Shown here in pieces: positions 54,138 to 64,000 of a stretch of 64,000 bases of DNA. The notes under the pieces were generated by a model. That model searched no databases. It was given only the letters and a program-made list of their open reading frames with translations, and had not been told where the DNA came from. Location: positions 37,138,001 through 37,202,000 of the forward strand of contig OX597819.1 in assembly GCA_951406725.2 (NCBI GenBank). The letters run 5' to 3'. Position 1 is the first letter of the stretch. Each line of letters begins with the position of its first letter. This stretch comes from Octopus vulgaris. Its lineage: Eukaryota. The translations under genes were made by a program, and so were the position numbers.

Positions 54138-57016
54138 GGTACAGATTAAGCATGAGTTGTGTAATCAATTATTTCATCCCAATACTTGATTGATCCTTAA
54201 TTTATCAACCCCTGGATTTACGAAATGCAAGGTCAACGTCGACGAGGTTTGAAATCAAAACATTAATCCAAATAACTACATATTGCAAGATCTTTGGTCC
54301 GATGTTTTACCGACTCTTTCAATCCATCTCCCACGTGATAATCTACCATTAACGTCTCTAACGTATAATGAAATATAACGGATCTTTGAATCAATAGTTG
54401 AGCGCTGTTAAATGGAGAAAACTGTTGCTCTAATACCGGTCAACCAGACTCCATTGACTATCAACCATAAAGAAGTAAATGCTATTTCTTTTATACTTAG
54501 ACATAAAACCTCATTTCTATCGAACAAAAAGGATTGAAAATGTATATAGTATTTACCTATTTCACAAGAACACTAACACTGCAAATTAATGGAACTAGCT
54601 GAAACAGGTTCCGTATCTAGTTTACAAATGAAAGTTTACCATTATATTAAGGAGTTCGTCACCTAAGAACTAAGTCATTATTAACTTACAAAGATACCTG
54701 TTGTTGTCGTTTTGGCCATTGCTATTATTGTTGCTGTTATCATCATCATCATCATCATCATCATTACTATTATTATTGTTGTTGTTGTTGTTGTTGTTGT
54801 TGTTATAGGTTATAGGCTCTTGAAAAGAGCTATTGATTGCTTGGACACAAGAATCTTGTAATTCACTTGCAATATAATAAATGTCTATTTCTTTACACAA
54901 AATATTGACCGCAAAGGATCTTAAATAAGTGTTACTATATTTTCCCATTCTTTGAAATACAATGAAGGAAAATGGTCAAGCCATTTTGTTAATATTGTTA
55001 GTTGCACAGATTAATTCAACATATTCAAAGAGAAATAAACCAATGAGGGAGCCTCTATGGTATGTAGACATGCTGGAAGTAGTACTAAATTACCCTAAAA
55101 TCACACCTTACAGTCTTTTAAAAAAAATTAACATTGATAGGTAGTCTGAAATGAACTATGTCTCAAAAGATGAGGCGGAAAGATGACACGCAATGTTGAC
55201 TTCAGAAGGATTTGAGCTTTGCTTCTCCCTTGCAAATGATTGTGAATATCATTTCCTTCAAGAAGATGGCTGGTTTTACCCACAGAATATTGACTCTTCT
55301 TCATATGAAGTGAGTTCCTCTGCGAAGAGTAGTTTCTTTTCACAGGAGATATGACCTAAGTCACATTTTCATAGCTTTTAAAAATGTTTGCGGTAAGTCA
55401 TTTTCCGATTTATTTTTATTTTTAGAATGTCTGTTTATCCCCTTCAGCCTGTGACTGGTCTCCATTCTTATAAGTGGATTGGATGCTATTGCGATGAAGG
55501 GGTACTTCCTTGTCGTTTAGTACTAGCTGTTGCTGATGCAGGTGACTCTCCCAGTGTTTTACCGGCTGTGGATAGGTAAGTGGGGTTCGGGAATCCCGTA
55601 CTTTACTCCCGGTAATGCGAATGGGACATTTTTATTTACTGACTTACATGTTGAATCTGGTGTCTCCTTAGTACCGACAGCCCCTTTGGTTTGGTCTTGT
55701 GCTGTAAAGAAAGCTTTTAAAGGAATTTTACTCTTACATGTGTAGTAACTCGGTCATCTACCTGGGATACTCTAATATTAACCAACTATTCTTGATTACC
55801 CATCAACTATAAAGAGTACACTATATTTGTTCGTACTTCTTGGTTGTTAAGTACTAGTCGACTGTAGGGACAGTCGATTACGTCAATACTTGAGCAAGCG
55901 GTACTTTATCTTATTGACTATGATTATTTGAAAAGTAAAAGTTGCCTTCGACGACGTTTGAGCTAAGAACATAAATGTCGCGAAACCACACACCGCAGGA
56001 TAGTTAGTCTCAATGAGATTTAAACTCTGGACGTAAAGAGGTAACACCGCAAGGCATTTTACCCAGAAATCTATTGAATGTCATCTACCACCAACATCAG
56101 CAACAACAAATAGCAAAATATAATATTCATGAACGAGAATCTAGAACACTTGAAAGCCAAACACCATCAATAAAAGTTTAGGTGGGTGTTGTTTTTGTTT
56201 TTGTTTTGTTTTTTTTTGCTCAATCTCAGTTGATGTAACCTAGGTGTATTGCTCTTATTTGTAGGGATATAATGATGAATCAGCTTTATACAAAACAACT
56301 GTAGACTGGACGGCATCCAGAGTGAGTGTACAATCAAACTATGAGGCTGTTTATGTACAGATAACAGAAGCCACAAAAGAAGCTAACAGTTCCATAGATT
56401 TCGTATGTCAAGCAGTCCGAATATTGACAAATACACGTAAGTACTGACAAATGCTTCAGATTTTACCGAAATTTTATATAAACTATTTATTCGTAATATC
56501 TGTTACGTTACAAACAATTAGCATAAGAGGCAAACGAAAACTTATTACATATCTTAATACGGAAACATGTGAAGGTCGGTAACCTCATAGTTAAGTTTTG
56601 GAGCACACTACCATAAAGTCGAGGTTTCGATTCTTAGAACATGCAACGCACTGTGTCCTTGAGTAATATACTTCACGTCACGTTGCTCCAGGCTACTCAG
56701 CTGAAAATGATTACCAGCTGAGAGGTGGGTAGAGCGCTCTTTTCCTCCTGTTGTCACATCCTGGGTGTTCCTGGGACGGCTGACAATGTGTTTATGTTTG
56801 TTCGTGACAACGTAAGCACTTAAAACAGTTAGTTAAAGCATGATACATGTTACTCGCGAGTGATAGCTGGCTCTTCTTTTTTTGTGGCTTCCTTTTAGTA
56901 ATTGGCATATCAGATTAGGAGCGAGTAGATTCCATTATTGAAGCCAGATGTTGGGTTATATCATTCTTCGTTGAATATTGTCCGAGGATTTAGAATCTCT
57001 TATGCCACACACACAC

Positions 57017-57450
57017 GTGTGTGTGTGTGTGTGTATACGCGTGTGTGTGTGTACGCGTGTGTGTGTACGCGCGTGTGTGTGTACGCGTGTGTGTGTGAAC
57101 GCGTGTGTGTACGCGTGTGTGTGTGTGTACGCGTGTGTGTGTGTACGCGTGTGTGTGTGCGTGTACGAGTGTGTGTGTGTGTGTACGCGTGTGTGTGTAC
57201 GCGTGTGTGTGTGTACGCGTGTGTGTGTGTGTGTGCGTGTGTGTGTGTCTTTATGTCTGCGTTTGCTCTCCACTATCACTTGACAACCGGTGTTAGTGTG
57301 CTATCGTCCCCGTAACTTAGCGGTTCGGGGAAAATAACAAATAGAATAAGTTCTAGACTTTAAAAGATAGTTCTGGAGTAGATCCGTTCAACTAAAATTC
57401 CTTCAAGGCGGTGTCCCACAGTCTAATCACGGAAACAAGTAAAAGAAAGT
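57017..57450 (+). repeat. (GT)n array punctuated by ACGC, joined to a SINE B 3' module
   Basis: Recurrent gtgtgtacgcgtgtgt; then cacttgacaaccgg...taacttagcggttcgg. Confidence 0.85.
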
Positions 57451-57578
57451 ATATAAAAAAAAAGATACTAATCCATATGTATATATCCGTCCCCACTCGC
57501 AATATATAAACAAAGAAGCGACCATCAGTCGCTGGTCTTGGAACAGGCTAAAGGAGCTGGATTTAAAATCTCTGAAAG

Positions 57579-58013
57579 GGATCTTTTCGGTTTGAACGGC
57601 AGTTTTTAACATAATTTCCAGGTAACTATAAAATTTTAAGCTTCGTATACTGGAAGAATGTGTTTATAAAACATCTTTATCTCTTGGCTTTATTGAGAAA
57701 ATTCTATAGTTTGTGTGATATTTGTTGTTGTTTTTCTTCAATTTCTGCAATTTCAACCAATCAATGACGTCCATTGAGGTAAAAAAAACATTCTGTGCCG
57801 TATGAATATGTTCCTCGTTTAAGAAATGGATTGGGTTTATTTACATTTGTGAAGAAAAAACGATACCCTTTCCCCTACCCCTAACCTTAACCCTAACTAA
57901 CCCTAACCCTAAAACAGATTGAAATGCAATAGGTCGATACTAGGGTCATAATTATGGGTGACAATTTCATATGACACCGCTAGAAAAAACTGCCGTTCAA
58001 ACCGAAAAGATCT
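57579..58013. mobile_element. MITE family 1, copy 4
   Basis: Same TIRs; perfect TSD tctgaaag. Confidence 0.92.
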
Positions 58014-58323
58014 TCTGAAAGAGATTCATATAGTAACAGTACTAAATTGTAATGTCTGTACCACTATTACGAGACTGTTCTGTGCAGAATATATGTTACT
58101 ACATTTTAACCCCAGGAAGACATCTTTTCCCGATGGTTAACGAATTTTTACAGTAATATGCTCCTTGCCTAGCAACTAGAGAATTTTAGGAATAGTTTCC
58201 GTATATGACATATTGCTGTATCACACTGTTGAAAGTATTTTCATGTATTCTTTCTGCTCTTCAAGAATGCCATCCTCTCCTAAGAATTCTGTAGGTTTCT
58301 GTTTACCAATTCCAACGTTCCAG

Positions 58324-58736
58324 TTTACTCATTTACTCATTTACTTGTTTCAGTCATTTGACTGTAGCCATGCTGGAGCACCACTTTTAGTGGAGGAAAT
58401 CGACCCCAGGACTTATTCTTTGTAAGCCTAGTACTTATTCTATCGGTCTCTTTTGCCGAACCGCTAAGTAACGGGGACGTACACACACCAACATTATTGT
58501 CAAGCGATGTTGGGGGGAGGGGACAAACACAACATACAAACATACACATATATATATATATATACATATATACGACGGCCTTCTTTCAGTTTCCGTCTCC
58601 CAAATCCACTCACAAGGCTTTGGTCGGCCCGAGGCTATAGTAGAAGACACTTGCCCAAGGTGCCACGCAGTGGGGCTGAACCCGGAACCATGCAGTTGGT
58701 AAGCAAGTTACTTACCACACAGCCACTCCTACGCCT
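58324..58736 (-). mobile_element. SINE family B, full length
   Basis: - strand ggcgtaggagtggctgtgtgg...ggcaccttgggcaagtgtc. Confidence 0.9.
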
Positions 58737-61594
58737 ATAGTTCTAAATTTTGGTTATAAATATAAACTTTTCATCAGAGTAAAATAGCAACAGAACCTGC
58801 ATCTGTTAACACGCATATTCTCTTTTCACTAACCTTTGGCGAAATGCTCAGATCTAATAGTGTTCTATATTAAAAGTACAATGTCTGATCAGTTATATTT
58901 ATAGCGCACACGCACTCACGCACTCACGCGCGCGCACACACATACCCTCACACACACAGATCAATTTTGATTGGTAACTTGCTCCAAGCACATTTCTTTG
59001 TTGATTTCAAGTCACAGCATATGAGAATATGTTGTACATTTTCTCAACAAAATCAACGATGGTTACTTTTTGTTATCACAACAGGAGAAGGCAGAAACAA
59101 AATTTATAACTTCAATTTCTATCTTATTCTCGGGTAGAAAGTTTTAAAGTGACACGCGAAATGGTGTTAATTAAGGTGGACTAAGGTATTGCCCGTTTGT
59201 CTATTTTGTTATCTAGCCTGAGAAATAGCTACATAAACGTAAGTTGATATAAATTACCTTCTCTTCCGCAATTCATATTAAATAGATTTGATCTACGGAT
59301 GAACGGTCTCGTGAGATATTATTATATACTCTGTGTATGGGACTCAACACTGAAAACCAAAGATGTACTCGACAATTCAACCGAGCTACTTACAACTATT
59401 ATATCATGCATCAGTACTTACTTAGATCGCGGAGAGAACTTGATTTCTTTTCTATACTTTCTATATAAGTATGGTGTTGTTGTGTGGTCTCAAATAACTC
59501 TTAATTAAGGAGAGGCATAATCAACTGTTATGGCTATCCGATCTGAGCAAAATGGTGTATGCTTCATTAACGAATATGTAATTCACCAATGCAATGCTAA
59601 ACTTTACCAAATGATGTGTAAATATTTCACTCGCATAGACAGACGTGTAGATTCCCTTTAATATCACGTTGTAATTTTACTATTTTTAGAAAGAACAGAT
59701 TTAGGTTTCTTTTAATACCGAAATTATCATTCAATTTACTGTGTAACTAAATAAATGACACAGTCTCATAGAATATCCTACCATTGCGATCTGGATGAAT
59801 TTAGTAGACGGAGACTGTGTGGAAGCCAATCGCGTGTGTATGCATGAATCTTTGTATATAAATATGTATTTTCTTGTGTGTCTTTGTATTTGTCTCTCAC
59901 GCCTGCCAACCGTGTTGTTTGTGTCTCCGTAACTTGGCGGTTCAGCAAAAAGAACGCGATAGAATAAGCACCAGACTTAAAATAAGTACTAGAATTGAAC
60001 TTTCGATTAGACCCTTCAAGATGGTGTCTCAGCATTGCTGCAATCCAATGAATGAAACAAGTAAAAGAATAAGAAAATACAGATATAATCGGAGTTGAAG
60101 TTGTCTAACAAGTGGCATTATCTGTGACTGTGAGTTAAAACTGAAACAACATCGTAGAAAAGCCACTTGGTAACACACAAATCACTTCAGATTTGTTTAT
60201 TTCATGGGGTGCTAGAAGTTTCGTCGCATAACTGTGACCTACCAGCTGACACATGTTGTAGTATGTGTCAGTGACCAGTTCGCAGACGTGCGACGTAAAT
60301 GTTAACACCTCATGAGATATATTTGCGCATAAAGTAAAATTAACAACTTTGTACGTTTGTAAATTACTCTTTCACGGTTAGCTATCAATATTTGTGCTAG
60401 TAATTCATTTTAGAATATTGAGTTATAATAGCTAAGCAGTTCTGATCGTTGAATTTGTTTTGTTTTTTTAATTTGAGATGATATATTTTTGGTACTTTCA
60501 ATTTTGTCTACATTATCACTGAAGGATGTTTATGTCTGAAAGCAATTATAATTACGGTATTCTACGCGCAGGTAGACCGAATGGCCTTCAGTTTTCTGTT
60601 TTACATGTATTATCTTACCTTTTAGTAACTTATGGACAAATTTCATTTTAATGACATGAGCAAAATGTTGGATTTTTTTCTGTAATTAAAGTTTAATTAA
60701 AATAAATATTTTAAATGGATTTACAAGAAATATAAGAATACATTTTTAATCAATATTCCAAATACGTTTATTTAATCCAAGAAAAATCTGGCAAAGCTCA
60801 ATTAATAAATTTCTGCTGACAAAATTGAATGTATCCACAGATTTTAATGAAGAGACGAGACCCTCATTAAAAATGAAACTTTACTACACTCAGAAGAAAA
60901 TTACAATGTCTTCCAGTAGTTTGTGGTTGTTTCTCAATAAATGAAATTCATTCATTCAAACCAATAACTAAACAATTTCTTTCATGAGATTCAGAAAAAA
61001 AATAATTACAACTACCAACATTGATGAGAAACATTGTCCATTTTTGTTGCGTTTTTATTTATTATATTTTTGTATTTTACTTTGTTTGCCTCGGGTAAAA
61101 CCATTGGAAACAATCTCCGTTATAAGAGATTATTTTTAACGATATTGAAATAACAAATTATTTATGCTTTCCCAACTTTTCTTGACGTGTTAATTTACTT
61201 TTACTATTCTGAACAGTTCAAAGAGATGTTTCACTACATTTAACAAAAAAAAACAAAGAAAGTAATCGAAAATAGATATGTGGATTTAAGTGGAAATGAT
61301 AAGAGGAACCCAAAGGAACTAAGGTGTTACGAAATCCTAATGTTAAAAATTTATCAATAATGCATTATAACATAAGCAAGAGGCCTGAGAATGGGCACGG
61401 CGAATAACAAGAAGAAGAGGGGTGTGTAAGTTGGTTGACCTGAATGGAGATAGCATGAATGCAACCAACTCTGAAGAACAGAATACAATGCAGTAATATT
61501 AGAAGAAGTAGAGTGGATGGACAGTAGATCTGTGGAGAATGATGGCAAACTGTATCTAAGTTGGAGAGAATGATATTCAAAAGCCATCTCTTCT

Positions 61595-61860
61595 AAACTG
61601 AAGTCATTTGTATGCTGAGTTCTTTGTGCAAGAACTGAATTGAAGTGACAGAATCCAATGAAGTTGGATTGTTATTATTCCAATACTTCCCAAATACGTA
61701 AACAATAAGATATACGAACATTGAGGCCAGTCTTGCAGAAAAATAAGTGTCTGAAAACAAATCAAGTTGAATGTATTTACAAGCGTTGAAAACTAATGGT
61801 ATTTTCCTTTTCCAGCAAATAGATTTCAATTTCAGTAAGGATATGTAAAAATGGCTGAAA
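61595..61860 (-). pseudogene. hAT (Charlie-like) transposase remnant
   Basis: FLHILTEIEIYLLEK and DLFSDTYFSARLA resemble Charlie-type RF..L..EI..FL.EK and F.D..W.ARLAYL blocks. Confidence 0.4.
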
Positions 61861-62208
61861 TCAACGCAAATTTTAAATATTGCGCAAGAATGTTTAAATC
61901 TACGTTAACGTTTTCACACGAAGTTCCATTTTCTTCTAAAGTCTTTTAAGATAAAATCCCATTATTTAAACTAGGTAAATCTAAATGATGTATATCGACT
62001 TTAGGATTAGTTTAAACAGGAGTTCTATACCAGAAAAGTTTAGAAAATGAATAATACCTATATTTTTCCTCGCAATATTATTAGAACAAATTGAATGTAT
62101 AATCTAAACATCAAGAGATGTATGAAACATTTGTGAGTGGAAAAATTGGGTGAGCATCGGACAAAAAAAAAATTACTTTCAACTATTTATATTCTGGTTT
62201 CAAATTTT

Positions 62209-62407
62209 TTTACATACACAACATGTTGGGCTACTGCCGTTCTTTAATATGTTGGCCTGGTAGCTCCTTGTAGGTAGGCATTGATTTTGGGCTGCTATGA
62301 TAAACCCTCCCGTTTCTGATTTTAAGCCAGAAGACACTAACCATTGATGGGTAAGGGCTTTGTCAATATGGGCACTATTATCTCTCTTTGGGTATTTACC
62401 ATTGAGA
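62209..62407 (-). repeat. 199-bp inverted copy of 62999-63197
   Basis: Reverse-complement identical apart from one substitution seen (caatgg/caacgg). Confidence 0.95.
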
Positions 62408-62653
62408 CATAGTTTAACCACTTTTATTTTTCCAGTGTCGATGAAATAAATATCTGTCAGATACTGTGAATCGCTTCAGTAGTTTTTTTTTATCTCTTCT
62501 AAAATTCATAAATTATTATTACAGAGAAACATCAGGTGTCAAAATCAGCAAGAAACCAGTTTAAATGCTTTGTGATATTTAGCTACGACACTCTGATTTC
62601 AAATTCATCTGGGATCAAGAATAAAACACTTTGTCTAACAGACTTCAACGGAT

Positions 62654-62760
62654 AGGCGTAGGAGTGGCTGTGTGGTATGTAGCTTGCTTACGAGCCACAT
62701 GGCTCCGGGTTCAGTCTCACTGCGTGGCACCTTGGGCAAGTGTCTTTTACTATAGCCTTG
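62654..62760 (+). mobile_element. SINE family B 5' part, cut off at a short (TAA)n and Dong fragment
   Basis: aggcgtaggagtggctgtgtgg...ggcaccttgggcaagtgtc. Confidence 0.85.
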
Positions 62761-62784
62761 ATAATAATAATGATAAGAAGAAGA

Positions 62785-63453
62785 AGGACTGGATGTGAAA
62801 ACTTATCTCAATGAATTTAAACAAGAAAGCATCATACTCAGTAACAAAACAGGCATATGAATATCTAAGTGAATCCCAAATACAACAAATTTCAGAATTA
62901 GCCGTACTGGAACCAAGCACAGAAAAAGTTAAGCGTATGAAAACCCGTGTTAAAACTGCTGCTTTAGATATTCTTACTGATAAATGGCAAGAAAAAGTTC
63001 TCAATGGTAAATACCCAAAGAGAGATAATAGTGCCCATATTGACAAAGCCCTTACCCATCAACGGTTAGTGTCTTCTGGCTTAAAATCAGAAACGGGAGG
63101 GTTTATCATAGCAGCCCAAAATCAATGCCTACCTACAAGGAGCTACCAGGCCAACATATTAAAGAACGGCAGTAGCCCAACATGTTGTGTATGTAAACAA
63201 CAAAACAAAACTATTGATCATGTCTCCATGTGCAGTCTTCTTGCGCCTACAGTGTATCTCAGCAGACATGCTAGAGCAGCACAATATATTCACTGGGTAA
63301 TTTGCAAAAACCTGGACCTGCCCCATAATAAAAACTGGGTGGGAACACAAACCATCTCCAGTGCTTGAAAGCGATCACATCTCACTCCTCTGGAACTTCA
63401 CCATTCAAACTCAGAGGAAGAAAGATGCGAATAGGCTAGACATTATATTGAAA
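62785..63453 (+). mobile_element. R4/Dong LINE fragment (post-RT region, zinc knuckle, start of endonuclease)
   Basis: GLKSETGGFIIAAQNQCLPTR...CCVCKQQNKTIDHVSMC...IHWVICK; LLWNFTIQT...ANRLDII; preceded by ataataataatgataa. Confidence 0.9.
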
Positions 63454-64000
63454 GTCCATCCTTGCCACTCTCGTCCACCTTTTCAACAAATTTGTTGGAA
63501 AGCCGCACTTCCATCTCTACCCTCACTTTTTTTTTCATGTGAAGGTTAAAAAAGTTCATGAGGGTTAAAAAAAAGTCCCGAAGGGGAAGGTGTTTACCTT
63601 CAGGCCTTTCAGTCTGGTTCACTCCATAACCTCTTTCGATAAAGCCACTAGACAGATGAAAAATGTCTGTCTTTCTCGGTCAAAGGAAGGCAGCAGGATG
63701 TTTGACATAACTCCACAAGTCATCAATGATTAGACACTGGACGAGTACGTACAGAAAAGTTTGGTTGACTTCTCCTATCACTGCTTCAGAGTCCCTTAGA
63801 GCTGTACCGATCACCTCGATGTATCTAATGGCCAAGATAATGACGGTGGTGTCCTCCATACATACCGACACATTCTTCTACATCCTTGTTCGCGCGGGAT
63901 TCGTCACAATGACTAATTTCAGCAATATTACCTAAAAAGCCAGTACAATCAGAAGAGTCGAGAGTGAACAATCTTGATGGATCAACTGTGTGGTTCCAAT

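Noticed and set aside
63590-64000. DPSRLFTLDS on the - strand, reminiscent of Ty3 RNase H
   Set aside because: Catalytic DAS motif and downstream similarity absent; window edge prevents assessment.

Overview
AT-rich, microsatellite-dense eukaryotic non-coding DNA (intronic or intergenic). I find no host protein-coding gene, rRNA, true tRNA or CRISPR array. Nearly all listed ORFs are translations of simple repeats or SINEs. The repeat families resemble those of Octopus (inference from recalled SINE families, not a database search). Contents: several tRNA-derived SINE families; two Merlin-like MITE families with GG termini and 8-bp TSDs; five Tc1/mariner fossils; a FLYWCH/MULE remnant; Helitrons, one with a Pif1 fragment; RTE LINE ends; R4/Dong-clade LINE fragments sitting in (TAA)n; and a ~2.6-kb tandem duplication. 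Most interesting: (1) an ORF-less ~555-bp element found only in (TAA)n with TPRT-like polarity, probably a non-autonomous partner of the Dong LINEs; (2) two degenerate type I hammerhead ribozyme motifs 286 nt apart; (3) repeated short-range inverted duplications and micro-inversions with template-switch signatures. Coordinates were read by eye; degenerate ends are approximate.
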